From NCBI GenBank assembly GCA_012026655.1, contig JAAILG010000182.1, forward strand, positions 1 to 64,000: 64,000 nucleotides of DNA. The letters run 5' to 3'. Positions 36,370 to 48,950 of the stretch are shown here, in pieces. Within the stretch, counting starts at the first letter, position 1, and each line of letters opens with the position of its first letter. The notes under the pieces were generated by a model. That model saw only the letters and a list, made by a program, of their open reading frames with translations. It was not told where the DNA came from and did no database searches. A program made the position numbers and the translations under genes. Origin of the DNA: Hydrolagus affinis. Taxonomy: Eukaryota.

Positions 36370-39230
36370 GTATGTGAGAGCGAGAGAATGGCATAAGTCA
36401 GTCTGTGTGTATGTGTCCGTGTTCATGTGCAATTGGTGATGGGTGCACTGAGCAGATGTATAGCTGTCAATGGGTGTTCACTTTGCACTGTTGCATGGCC
36501 GGATCTTTGTTTTGGGTGATTTATTTAGATGACCTAATGATGGACAGTCTGAAGTGGTGGTTTTGGGATCGCTAAGCTTCAGTGCACAAATGGAAAAAGG
36601 CCTGTCACTGTGGCTCTCTGCTTTGAGCAGCATCGGCATAAAATATTTTCTTACTGTACTGTACTGCATGCCAATAGTGTTAACCAGTGCAGTAAATTGT
36701 ATTAGAAACAAAAACAGAGATCGCTGGGAACACTCAGTAGGTCAGGCAACATCTATGGAGAAAGGAAAAGTGAGTCAACGTTTCGGGTCCACGACCCTTC
36801 ATCAGAACTGGTCAGTAAATTGCTTTGTACAGCTGTTACATTTTAAAGTAATATTGACTGATCTGTTAAAACCATACACAAAAGATGATGGAACGTTCGT
36901 TGGTTTAAAAGAAATTCGGACTGTTGGTGTTGGTGTTTTTTCCAGAGTTTGAAGTTTTTACTCAGTTTTCCCCCATGCATGTGATTCTTATCGTATAGTC
37001 TTGTGGAAGATTGGAGGGAGACTGGACAGCCATCTGTGTTTGTTTTGTAAGCTTCTGGGCACTTGAGAGTGAGCTAGGCTACATTTCTGCTAAGCAGACA
37101 CTGAGGGTGCTGTTGGATTGGTTTTATCTGTTCTGAGTGGGTTCAGCATTTCAGAACCGACGCATGCCCTGTAGACAACAGACAAAGGCTCACTGACTTT
37201 GACCCACTGCTGTCACTTTGGAAATGGTGATCGCTCATCAAACAGTTTAATTGAAAGTGGTTGAACCGGTCTGTTTACAGGAGTGAAGTGGCATTTCCGT
37301 CTTGAAACTGGTATGCTTTAGCTTCACATTTTAGCTTTGCCAGCTATTACAGTCTGGGTTTGAAGTTCATTTTGACATGTCGAATGGACTTTTCAACCCT
37401 AAGCGAGTTGATGAATATTTTGGAATTCAATGTGAATTTCAAGAGAGCAGTGCCCTCCTCAACTACTGGGAATCTTTAGCTTTGGCGCTCAGGTTATCAC
37501 GTCGTCAATGTCTCAAATCACTTCACTTGATTTAACTTTGATATGTAATATCAATATGTAACACATACTGGTGTATTTGCAGGAAAACAAGGCAGCCAAT
37601 TTGTGCACAGCAACATTCTGCAAACAGCCACAAAGTGAGATGCTAATTTTATTTGACATTTAATGTTGAACCAAAGACAGTGCTGGGAGGAAAGAAATTT
37701 GAATGTGAAAGCTTTCAAGGGCAGCTAGTTATGAGTGTTACACCAGGAGCTCACTACCTGGAGTCCTAGTTCATGAATCCGGATTCATACATCCAGCATT
37801 GGGAATCCATCTTGATTTACCTGCAGAGAAGCCGGGTGGTGGTGGGAGGGAAAGAGATAAGTGGGGTCTCCTTGGAACTGAACTGGCTCCAAGGTGACAT
37901 GCATGGCAATGGAACATCGGAATCGAGCCAGCCCTTTGTGGCGGTCTCAGTAGTCTGGTTCCTGAGCCAGGCGAGTCCGCAGTATTCCAAGGAACTGCTG
38001 ATGACCGCACAGCCAGCCTGATTTATTGGCAGGATCTGCAAGGGCACACCAGTCACTGGGCTCCTGTTAACCCTGCAAGCCAAAGCCCTACAACAATAAT
38101 AAAATTACATTTATAGAGCTCCTTTCACGTCGGGAGGATGCCCCAAGGCGCTGGGTCACTCTTAACAGCTAGAGTGATCCTAGCTGGAAAAGCAATGAGA
38201 AAGCTTGCTGCACAATATCATTGGTAAGCAGTGTGGTGTTAGCTGGTTGGACACCAGCAGTATCCCAACACACATACTGGTCTCCCTATGCATTGGCTTT
38301 TTGCCAATCTGCACCTAATACATTCCGCAATTAGGTAAGCAGGATGTGTCTAAAGAGCTACCCCACGTGAAGGGCGCTACATAAATACAAGCTGTTGTTA
38401 TTGTTGTTGTCCTCCAGGGAGAGAGTGTGCATTCCATTCCAGCAATCTATCTCTGAAATTTCTAAATGTAGGTGGGATGCATGAAAATCTCAGTTTGGTT
38501 TGGATATCCTTAAGCATGGTGATGGATTTCTACATGTGTCTCACACTCGGCTGACCAAAAAGATAGCTCACTATTGTCGTGCCTTGACTCTTAACAAAAT
38601 GCATTCCTCCATGGGCCAAGAGTGTTTGCATGCTCAGACCTGCAGAAAATTTTGGTAGGAGCTATCCTGTTAAATTAACACAACCAGTTTTGGCACCCAA
38701 GTCTGTAACACCATAGGTTTCATTATTAATCTCAGGCAACCAGATTTTACTGTACATCTCTGGAATTATTTTCCATTTTTTATATGTGACAAGTTACTAG
38801 GAAAGCCGTCATTTCATACTGTATCTAACCTATTCCATGGAAAGGATAAACACTGTTACAAAAGTCCCTTCTTTCTGAGAGAGAGAGAGAGATTAAATTC
38901 TGGTTTCTAAGTCTATTTGACCTTTATCCTCTTAATCTGTTTCTTGTTAAGTGCTCGGATGCCAAACTTCAGAGCATTGGTACTGTGTTTTCTTAAAGCT
39001 TGGAATAATTTTCCTAATAGTAAAGAGAAGGAGAGTGGGTGGAATAAAGGTGGGGGGTGGGGGGAGGGTGGTGGGAGTGGGAGGGAGGGAGGCGTGCGTG
39101 CGTGCGAAAAGGGACGAGGAGTGGGAAAATAAAGGGACGAGCCCAGTGAAGCCAGTGTAAATCTTATTTTTTCAAGCCACAAACAATAAAAGCGTTGTGC
39201 AGGAGCTGGAATATCAAAGAACCCAAGTGG

Positions 39231-39236
39231 ATGGAG
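39231..39236 (+). other. Candidate first mini-exon (ME, phase 0) downstream of a G-rich promoter-like stretch
   Basis: ATG GAG|GTAATT, preceded by G-tracts and GGCGTGCGTGCGTGCG (39050-39110). Confidence 0.2.
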
Positions 39237-40449
39237 GTAATTGAATTCACGGTGGGGTGAACATGTTGCGAGGCCTCATGTGGAGACTCCACTTGGTTAT
39301 TGTGGGTGCGGGGGAGAGAGACACGGGAGAGGTCGATATAAACCTAAAACATCTTGTTCCGTTCCAAGTCCAGAATCTTGCTTCCAGAACTGCACAGCAC
39401 CACAATGAGCTGACATTCCATCTTGTAACCATTAACTTGCGCTTCCTACCGTGAAACTCTGCTTTTGTTAGCAGGTTTGCCTTTTCAGAGCATTTACGAG
39501 TGACGCCAAGTGCATTTAAATGGATTTTTGTTTTACATTCACGGGGCCTAGAGGAATGACTCTTCGTTTCTCCCAGCCGGAATTGATGTTCCAGCTATTG
39601 CACCAGCCTGTTGTAATTGATGCCTATATTAAACTGCTCATAAACATTCAATTTTGCATTCAAAACCTCCAGAATGTGGCCCAGGAGAGGAGAAAATAAG
39701 GCATTTTGCATTTCTCATTGTGAAGGATGGCAGCAGGTTCCTAGCGGGTAGCCCGTTGATTTTAATCTCAATTTCTATAAATTATTCTCCAAGGGCCAAA
39801 GGTAGCGTGACTTGGATGGGGAAGAGGGAGGAGAGAGTATAGGGGAAATGGAGGCCTCCTCACGGTTTTGATATTCATTTACACAAATAAGATGTATGCT
39901 CAGACCCTCCTGAAGTGAATTGTTTTTGGCTCCTCGCATCCCAGAGGGAATCCCAGACTCTGCAGTGGGGAAGCAGGGCTTTTTGTTCTGTTTTCTGGCT
40001 CTGGCATGTTAATAATTAGCAGAATTGTGGGCTGGGCTCAGCAATCTGCAGAGCAAAGCTTGAGCTGTGATATTGAGGGCACTTTTATTCGGTTAATAAC
40101 ATGCTCAATGCTGGATTTAGCATGTTGCTTTCCTTTGATGCAAAGAAGAATCCAAACCTGCACCCACTAGACAGCACAAATGCACATTTAGAGCATTGAA
40201 GTCTACCTCTGCTTCAACCTTGCATCATTCACAAGACCTGGGAGTCTGGAAGTGGAGTTAAGGTGTTATGAGTTGGTAACGACGCTGCTTTACACTGCCT
40301 TACTGTTCTCCTGAGCTGGTAGCTGGTTTGTTTCTACCTGTTCAGTTCTCAAAGTAACCCTGAGCATTGAATCCCAGTCAGCAATATGAGCTGGTGACTG
40401 TTCAATACTTTGTTCTTGTGCTGTGGCTGGAATAGAATGACCACAGCAA

Positions 40450-41512
40450 TCTAATAGAAAGAAAGCAGAGAGTTGTGGTGAGCAGCTATTTTTCAGACTG
40501 GAGAGAAGTGTGTAGTGGCATCTCCCAGGGATCAGTTTAGGGACCACTGCTCTTTTTAATATATATTAATGATCTGGACTTGGGTGTAGAGAGCACAGTT
40601 TCCAAGTTTGCAGATGATACTAAGTTAGGGAGAATAGTAAATAGTGAGGAGGATAATAACCATCTGCAAGAAGATATAGATAAAATGGTAAAGTGGGCAG
40701 ACACATGGCAGATGAAGTTTAATGCAGAGAAGTATGAGGTGATACATTTTGGGAGAAGAAATTAGGGGAGGCAATATAGGCAAGATAGTACAATTTTAAG
40801 GGGTGTGAGGAAACAGAGAGACCTGGGGATTTGTGTTAGTGACTCTTTGAAGATGGCAGGACAGGTAGACAAAGCCGTTAAGAAGGCATATGGGATACTG
40901 GGCTTTATAAATAGGGGTATAGAGTACAAAAGTCAGGAAATGTTGATTAACCTCTATAAAACTTTGGTTAGGCCTCAGCTGGAGTACTGTGTCCAATTCT
41001 GGTCACCACACTATAGAAAGGATGTTAAGGCATTGGAAATGGTACAAAAAAGGTTTACTAGAAGGGTACCAGGATTGAGGGACTTCAGTTACAAGGAAAG
41101 GCTAGATAGGCTAGGTTTATTCTCTTTAGAACAAAGGTTGAGAGGGGACCTAATAGAGGTTTATAAAATCATGGGAGAATTCGACAGGGTGAATAAGGAA
41201 AAACTGTTTCCACTGGTGGGCAAATCTGTGACTCGTAGTCACAGATTTAAAATAGTTTCAAAACGAAGCAGAGGAGCTGAGGAGAAGTTTTTTCACTCCG
41301 CGGGTTATTCGAATCTGGAAAGCATTGCCTGAAAAGATGGTGGAGGCCGATTCGATAACAGCTTTTAAAAGAGAATTAGATCTTTATTTAGGGAGAACAG
41401 GTCTGTTAGGTTATGGGGAGAGAGCTGGGCAGTGGGATTGAGTTGCTCTTTTCAAAGAGCTGGCACAGACTAGATGGGCCAAATGGCCTCCTTTTGTGCC
41501 ATAAGATTCTAT
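40450..41512 (+). mobile_element. 5'-truncated CR1 LINE (RT domain to 3' end), inactivated
   Basis: Translation gives RKQRVVV...[44 protein letters not shown], then RDLGI...KKAYGILGFINRGIEYKS...LYKTLVRPQLEYCVQFWSPHYRKD...RLRGDLIEVYKI. It carries stops and frameshifts and ends with the tail GATGGGCCAAATGGCCTCCTTTTGTGCCATAAGATTCTAT. Confidence 0.95.
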
Positions 41513-42304
41513 GAATAGCATCTCACTCAGGGGAAGATATTCCACCTGGCTCTTAGATTTACTCTATGTTCTTAGTATTTGGGAGCGTCTAGAACTTGGC
41601 AAATGGTTGAATTCAATCTTAGACATTGGTTTTCAACAGTACTTTAGAGCCTGCAAAAAAGGCTTCAAAATTCAGGTTGTATTTACAAATTTGTGTAATT
41701 TTGGAAACTCTGAAATGCTAAGTAAATAGAATAAATCTGGTTGGATTTCTGATATGTGTCCTAAAATTGCCTGTTGCAACTCTAAATCTAATTTTTTTTT
41801 GTTTTACTGACTCTCTTTCTCCCTCTTCCCTTTATTTCACTTACTCCCCACTCCTTACAAACACATTACACACTGAGCTGAGCAATGGGAGTTTGTAACA
41901 GAGACACCAGTTGGACTTTCATCCAATTTTTCTCTCTCTCTTTCTCTCTTTCTCTCTCCTGAGATGAACTGAGACCAAGAGCTTGCTGGGTAAGGAACCC
42001 TTCTACACAACACTGAGTTCAGCATCTGCCAAAATAATTGTGTTCAGTTGGAAAAGAATTTGAACAGACATTCATAATTCAGACATTTAATTTCTACACC
42101 CGAAGCAATGGGAATTATTTAATTTATCTACGTTGCATGAAATCTTGCCATCTGACCTCCTGTGATACCGAGCCGAGATGTCTGGTTTCTGTCCCGAATT
42201 TGTGCCATAACCTGCTCTTGGGAGGAAATTCCTTAAAATAATTTGATATCGATTTGATATAGTGCTTATAACATAACAATGACATGGGAATTACTGTTAA
42301 GTGG

Positions 42305-42600
42305 AGTGCCCGTTTATTTGTAGGAGAATTCAACAGCCAATTTGCAAACAGGAATCTTTCACAAGCAGCCATGAATTGAATAGCCAATTTCTTTGGATGA
42401 TTTTTGGCCAGGATAGTGGGAGAAACTCCCTTCTCTACCCAAACAATTATTTAGGTTCACATAAGCATGTAGATAGATCCTCAGTTTAATGCCTCATCCA
42501 AAGGATTGCTGAGGTAGCATTAAGTGTACTTTGCATCATGTGGCAGCTGATATGTTCTGACCCAAAGGCAAAAGAGTTACCAACTGAGCCACAGTTGGCA
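42305..42600 (-). mobile_element. Old SacSINE1-like Deu-SINE
   Basis: Antisense Deu core (CAGCCAATTTGCAAACAGGAATCTTTCACAAGCAGCC) and head (GGCAAAAGAGTTACCAACTGAGCCA). Confidence 0.55.
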
Positions 42601-43586
42601 ATGTGCATCTGTGGTTTTATGTTAGTGGAATCTTACAACTTTGGTACAGTATTTGCAAACCAGATTTGAAGATTGAATTGTGAGATTTGCATAACTGGCA
42701 AATTGCAATTCTGTGGGTCCAGATAACACCAGTCTTTGAGATTCCCAGTTTGAGTTTCATAAACCAACAAGATAAATAAAACTATTCACTCATTTTGAAC
42801 GGGTTACGACACAGAGGTCCAGTCTTTCTCCTGATGTTCCTACGTTATTAACTACAGTATATGGTTTAGATCTGTCTTATTTATTATCTTATTATGATAT
42901 GCTGGTTAATGTTGCTGTAGCTACATCTGTATCTGAGCCACATGCTGTTTTTTATCAAGTGTAACCACTGAAAGTAATCAAGTCCTGTAGCACAGAGTAT
43001 TCCTGCCTAATGACTAGTTTGATAACCAATGTTCCATGGACCGGCATTCCTTGTACAATGCCAGAAACTTTCTACTGAGACTTTCTGAAATGCACATACC
43101 GTATACAATATTATTTTGGAACTCTAGAGCTAAACCCAGTCACTCACCAACTGTGCAGAGTTAATGTTATGTTAGTGCCTGGCTATGTAGGAGAGAAGCA
43201 TTCATTTAAAGAAGTTGTGTGCCACTGATCTGGGTGTTGGTGTGTTGGGGGAGCTGGGGGGTGGGTGGGGGGCGTGCAATTTCTCATGTGCCAAGCATAT
43301 CCCTCAAAAAAGAAGTTACAATTGGTGGCTATCTCACAGAGGGAAAATCTAAAACTGAAACAGTTGTGGTTTGCACAGGTTGCAAGAAACCAGTGAGTGG
43401 AGAGGATATGGGGAGAGGGCAAGAAGAGGAGCCGAGAAGCCACAAGTACAATTAAAATTTAGTTGACACGACCAACCAATTGCATTTGTCTTATGCCTTT
43501 CAAATAGAATAACATCTCTGAGCATTGTACATTGACTGGGTCGGATACCAAACAAGGGGAAGAGAGAAGCTGAGGTGACCATAGGC

Positions 43587-43779
43587 CGGTGGTTTCGAAA
43601 CTGTGGGGCGCGCCTCCCTTGGGGGCGCATACCATTGGCTAGGAGGTCACAGAGCCCCCGAGTGCTGCGGAGCCGAGGATCTGAGTGTGTGGAGCCGAGT
43701 GTGAAGGACGGGGGAGGCACAGCGAAAACTTTGCTGAGTTAGTGGGGTGGCGCCGCTATTTAAAGTTTGGAAGCCACTG
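43587..43779. mobile_element. hAT (Charlie-type) MITE, 193 bp
   Basis: 16-bp TIRs CGGTGGTTTCGAAACT and AGTTTGGAAGCCACTG (reverse complement CAGTGGCTTCCAAACT). The 8-bp TSD is CCATAGGC (43579-86) / CTATAGGC (43780-87), matching at 7 of 8 positions. Confidence 0.8.
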
Positions 43780-45234
43780 CTATAGGCACAGTGGAAGAGG
43801 TGGATTTAAAGATGGGATTTAAAGATGGATAGACAGGACACAAGACAAAAAAGTAGGGAGAGAGAGGGAGCTCTGGAAATCAAGGACAGACACTCTGAGG
43901 ACTCAGCCATTCATTGTGACATGGAGAGGATGGGACAGGCAGTGAGCTCAGTTAAATGATCATCTACTTGCACATAACCACATGGTTCGGATCTTGCTCT
44001 TGCTGGCAGTTTTGTAATCTGGATTTAAAATGCAGTGGTTGTGATATTTTTATTGTTTTGAAACCATTGAGTAAACTTCCAAATGAACTTTTTGCCACTA
44101 TCTAAGTTCTCAATCTTTTCAAGTGTTCGTTTTCCTAGAATTGTGGAAATGTAATATTAAAATGATTTGTGTGCAGTATAGTACTGCTTGTTAGTCAGAC
44201 GCTGCCTTAATCTCCTGGCTATCTCATCACAGTTTATGGAAAAGGCCAATGGGATTAATGTGGATTCTTGGCTCTCTTATCCTGCATGCAACTGGGCCAA
44301 AGGTTATTCGTTTCAGCCAGGCTTTGTGAGATTAGAATATTTTAGCTGCCAACAAGTTATTGTCTTGCAGATTCTTTGACCTGGATTTCCAAGTCCTTTT
44401 TTTAAAAAAACAGTTGCTGCGATGGAACAAAAAGAGTTTCCAAAGACGACAGAATCATCTGTCCACTAATGAGAAACCCTTCAATAAGACCTGGACTGGC
44501 TGCAATTTTTCAGGGAGATCCAGCATCTGAGAATAGTCGTTCTTCTGATTTTTTTTACTCAAGTTACTTAATTTCTAATTATCTCTGTTCACAGGATAAG
44601 TCTATGCTGAAATCAGTGTGCTTTCCTTTTTGTTTAATCTGCTGGGTGGTTGGGGGCAACTCCTTAGTGTTAGACTGACGTGACCAGACTGTCAATGATC
44701 TGTCCAGATTCCTCCAAAGGGGACGAGGAGAGAGAGGAAGGGGTGAAAACGGGAATAAGTCTCCCAGCATTGCAAGCAATAAATGGTGTTTTGCGGATCA
44801 GCAATTTTGAAGCTGTGGAACCGCTTCAGGCTAAGCACTGCTCCTGTGTAACGAATAGGAAAAAGCAGTAAATGGGGCACCGGAAATGGGCCTTCCAGAT
44901 GCTGTCAGCTCCCCATCAGCAGCTTTGAAATCTGTTAGACTCTGGTTCCCATTCGTTCTGTGCCCCACGAGCAGCTGAGTAAACTCTCATACTGAAGTGG
45001 ATTTCATTACTTTTATGATTCGCAGTTAATTCTCCCCCAATCCCATTAGCGGGCATTTTTTTTAAAAAGTGTTTCCAGTAGAATTTTTTTTTGTGGGTGA
45101 ATGTACATTTCAGATGACTTGTTCCCGCTTACTGTGCAGCATTTAATCACCTTGAGATGCTCTCCTGGAGTGAAAGGCATACTGTACTGTAAATACATAT
45201 GGTACTGCAACATGTCTTGGTGCAGTGTGTCAAT

Positions 45235-45565
45235 GCATTGGAATAAATATATCCTCTCCAAATCACTTCACGCCTTGGCATCTCTCTACCTTTCCTACCT
45301 GCTTTCTCCCCACTCCACTATCCACTGCCTTCACTCAGGTGGCTCTGACCTCTTGCTTGTCCCTTGTGCTCTCCGCTCCACAATCGGCAGCCGCAGTTTT
45401 AGCCACTGCACCTGAAAGCTTTGGAACTCTCTCCCCCATCCTTCTCCTCTTTCAGGTTCAAGACCTTCCTCTTCAACCGTGCTTATGGTCCCTCCTCCTT
45501 CTCCCTGGCTCGGTGTCAGGCTCCGCTGCCCCTCACACACGCTATATAAATGCAAGTTATTATTG
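45235..45565 (+). mobile_element. L2 LINE 3' fragment
   Basis: Translation gives ILSKSLHALASLYLSYLL...LHSGGSDLLLVPCALRSTIGSRSFSH, then LWNSLP and RFKTFLFNRAYG in other frames, followed by the tail TATATAAATGCAAGTTATTATT. Confidence 0.85.
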
Positions 45566-45589
45566 TAAAGGTGGATGTGGGGCAGCTCG

Positions 45590-45772
45590 GTCCTATGTAT
45601 ATTTAACCTCAAGACACCCAAGCTTGGATTTACACACCAAACAATGCAGCACAATGCCCAATACTGCACTGGAGTGTCAGCCTGTACTGAGAGCTCAAAG
45701 TCCCAACATGGGGCTTGAACCCACAACCATGTGCCTCAGAGGCATGAGTGTGACCAACTGAGCCAGGCTGAC
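45590..45772 (-). mobile_element. SacSINE1-like SINE 5' part
   Basis: CAATACTGCACTGGAGTGTCAGCCTG...GGGGCTTGAACCCACAACC...CTCAGAGGCATGAGTGTGACCAACTGAGCCAGGCTGACA is the antisense of the tRNA-like head. Confidence 0.7.
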
Positions 45773-46164
45773 ATAGAATATGAAGTTTCTGCTGAGCTAT
45801 GTAAGCAAAGGCACAGCTGCAATCAGCGGCTAAACGCGATGTAATAATGTTCTGGAAAACAAAATGTGCTTAAAACAAATCACAATTGAAAAAGCTTTGC
45901 TGTGCTGGTAAAATGCTGGGGTCTTATTCTACCCTTTGTTGGGCAATCAATGTATTGGCAGTGCTCTGCGGATTGTATCTGCACTAAAGAATCTTTCGGA
46001 AACGCGAACCTCCCTTTTGTTGCACAAGCGTTCTGCTCTCGATCATTCTGAAGCCAAATGTGTAGCCGTGGCAACTGTTTTTGGAGCAGGCTGTTCCAGA
46101 ATTTATACCTCCTCCTCCTGTAATGTTTCATCTGAAGAACGGCACCCCCCACTCCCCCAGAACT

Positions 46165-46262
46165 AGAGTTGAAGGCGAGAGACTATGAGCTCAAAGTCCT
46201 GACTTGGAGTTGAACCCTCAACCTTCTGACTCAGAGGAAAGAGTGCTATCAACTGAGCCAAG
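46165..46262 (-). mobile_element. SacSINE1-like SINE head
   Basis: GAGTTGAACCCTCAACCTTCTGACTCAGAGGAAAGAGTGCTATCAACTGAGCCA. Confidence 0.7.
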
Positions 46263-47594
46263 ATAATGCCATTTCCTATTAGGCCGGATGGTGGAAATGA
46301 GTTCTGTGTTTGGTTTGTCATGTGCCGAACTCTCAGTAATTTGAGTTTTATTTTCACAGTTTTTATTAGCTTTGTCTTTGTTCCCAAAAAGGTTTCTCTA
46401 CTGCCTGTTCTGAATTCAAGATTTGCTTTGTATTAGATAACGTATGATGCGTGAATTCGAGCTGAACGCAAGACATAACTAAACTCAGAAATACTCATGT
46501 GTTTGACACCACACAGAAATGCTGTCGCAGCCAATATGCTATCAGTTGACCGTGAACAGAGGTTAAGACCCAATTGGTGCAGTTATTGGGCTCTTGGCAG
46601 CAACAGTAGCGATTAGCCTCGCTGACCCTGAAAACTGGCAGGAACGTGGAATTTCTAATTATTGATAACGTCCTCCCATATGTTGTGGCTCAGCACCCTC
46701 CTGCTCACTCTCTGCTGCTCCTCCGCATAATTTGGGAATTACAGGAAAATCCATTGGACACACATGCCAAACTGCTTTTTTAAAAATATATATATATATT
46801 ATCTAATATTAACCATTTTGGAAGTGGAAGGAACAATAAGCACATTCTAGATGTGCTTATTGTTCCGTCGCTCTGGATTACAGGAGGCTTGGGAGCAAAA
46901 TGCTGACTCGGGCAATTGCTCAATGTGTGAATTGGGGTGGGAGGTGGTTGGTATTGAGAAAGGAAGGGAGTTGTGAGAAAGTGGCTTCCTCAGTGAGAGT
47001 TTGGATCTGGATGGTCAGGAGGTACCTGGGTGAATGGGGAAGAGGGGAGGGCAGTGTCTGGTTTGGAAAATTCCAATCCCTGTTTTGGGAGCTTTGATCC
47101 CAGCTCCGACCTAGCTGATCTTCACTTTCGTTCATAGTCATGGCTCCCACTGCACTAATTTCTGAGTACAAGCGCTAGGGAGGAGGAAATTGGCTTGGGT
47201 CCCTTGCTTGTAATCACTGTCTGGTGACCATCCAGTGACCTTGCTGGAAGTGTTGTATTTGGTATGGCTGTGTAGGGATTTGAGAAGATGGGAGGATAAG
47301 GCTTAGGTGTGCTTCTTGCTGCTGAGCTGCTGTCCAGGACCGTGTAAATAGTAAACAACACACTGCGTTTGGGTACAAAATACAACCTGTATTTTTTTCA
47401 CCGTACAGTAAAATGTTGTGAAGTATTTCAACACTTTAAAAATTTGTAATCCTGCAGAATCCTGGAAAATTTCCTTTAAATTTTTTTTAAAAAATTCAAG
47501 CTTTTTTTGCTAAGAATTTCTGCCAACTGGTTGCTTAATTGAAGAATTTTGTGAAATATTACATTTCTTTATCACTAAATCTATAAAGTCTGTT

Positions 47595-47766
47595 NNNNNN
47601 NNNNNNNNNNNNNNNNNNNNNNNNNNNNNNNNNNNNNNNNNNNNNNNNNNNNNNNNNNNNNNNNNNNNNNNNNNNNNNNNNNNNNNNNNNNNNNNNNNNN
47701 NNNNNNNNNNNNNNNNNNNNNNNNNNNNNNNNNNNNNNNNNNNNNNNNNNNNNNNNNNNNNNNNNN
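47595..47766. other. Assembly gap (172 N)
   Basis: Run of N characters. Confidence 1.
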
Positions 47767-48006
47767 CAACCACTCAACCACTCACTCACTCACTCACTCA
47801 CTCACTCACTCAACCACTCACCCACTCAACCACTCACTCACTCACTCACTCACTCACTCAACCACTCACTCACTCACTCAACCACTCAACCACTCACTCA
47901 ACCACTCACTCAACCACTCACTCAACCACTCACTCACTCACTCAACCACTCAACCACTCACTCAACCACTCACTCAACCACTCACTCAACCACTCACTCA
48001 ACCACT
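47767..48006. repeat. Compound tetranucleotide microsatellite (CACT)n/(CAAC)n
   Basis: About 240 bp of interspersed CACT and CAAC units directly after the gap. Confidence 0.95.
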
Positions 48007-48654
48007 GACTTTTTGAGGAAGGACTTGTGGTCCTCCCATTCACGTGGGACGTGGGCACATGGCAGGGGATAACCTGCTACCACATTGACTCATTGCTTTT
48101 CTATAGCAATGTTGTGACCAAGTTACCTTGTGTGAAATGCTGTGTAAAAGCTGCCTAATGCTGTGGCGCTGGTGATGCACAAACCAAGTCTCGTTCAACA
48201 GTTGTGTTGAAGCGGCAGTCCCAGAAAGCATGCTCTGCCAAAGCAACAACTCACCAAAGAGGGAGATGTTGCACTGTGCTGAGAACTCTCAGGAAAGCCA
48301 TTACAGTAATGTTAAAGTAAATGCTTCACCTATTTGTTTTTGACAGGTGGCTGGTTTGACGTTGACGATGATTGTTAGACGGACTGAATGTTAAGTGCAG
48401 AGAAGACGGGAAGGCTCTGAAGCATAATATGTGCAGTTTGCAGGCATGATTACATTGAGCCCCTTTATCACTGCGCAAACAAGTATGACAGCACACAATG
48501 TGCGAGCTCGACCATCTCACGGATCTGAAAGTCGATTGTTCAGAGTAAATTGGTGGAGATTGAATTGGATCAGTGACTTTATTGATAGATTTTATTTCAG
48601 AGCAAATGGGCAAAATAACTATCTTACCAGTGAGCCGCTGAAATTTAGTTTTTA

Positions 48655-48950
48655 TGCATCGCAGACAATCACAAAATATACAGTCTACCCACTTTACATA
48701 TATTCTGTGAAGTGCTTTGAGACATCTCAATAACTTGATAACCTGCTATATGAAATGAAAGTATTATTATTATAGGTGGTCACGCAATCCACGACTGTTT
48801 GTGGGACACAGATTTGAACAAATTGGCTGCCAGATTTCACCCACAAAATACAAAGTCAATTCACTTTACAGTATATTCTGTGAAGCGCCTTGAGACAGCT
48901 AGAAGATGTGACTAGGCTCTATATCAAATGCAAGGATTATTATTTTATTA
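48655..48950 (+). mobile_element. Two tandem 3' halves of the tRNA/Deu SINE
   Basis: The tail motif ATATTCTGTGAAG(T/C)GC(T/C)TTGAGAC...GGATTATTATT occurs twice (about 48700-48772 and 48870-48950). The second copy carries the Deu core CCACGACTGTTTGTGGGAC. Confidence 0.75.

Noticed and set aside
37773-37788. Perfect 16-nt palindrome ATGAATCCGGATTCAT
   Set aside because: An 8-bp-arm palindrome without a loop is expected about once per 64 kb by chance.
37817-38083. Minus-strand ORF containing SSLEYCGLAW, reminiscent of the LINE LEYC-x-x-x-W motif
   Set aside because: Only one short motif with no flanking RT context. It may be a very old LINE remnant, but I cannot support it.
40580-41332. ORFs of 61 and 175 aa as a host gene
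   Set aside because: They are fragments of an inactivated CR1 ORF2.
45225-45761. ORFs of 178 and 131 aa
   Set aside because: They are read-through of adjacent L2 and SINE remnants.
47510-47789. ORFs containing X runs
   Set aside because: They are artefacts of the N gap.
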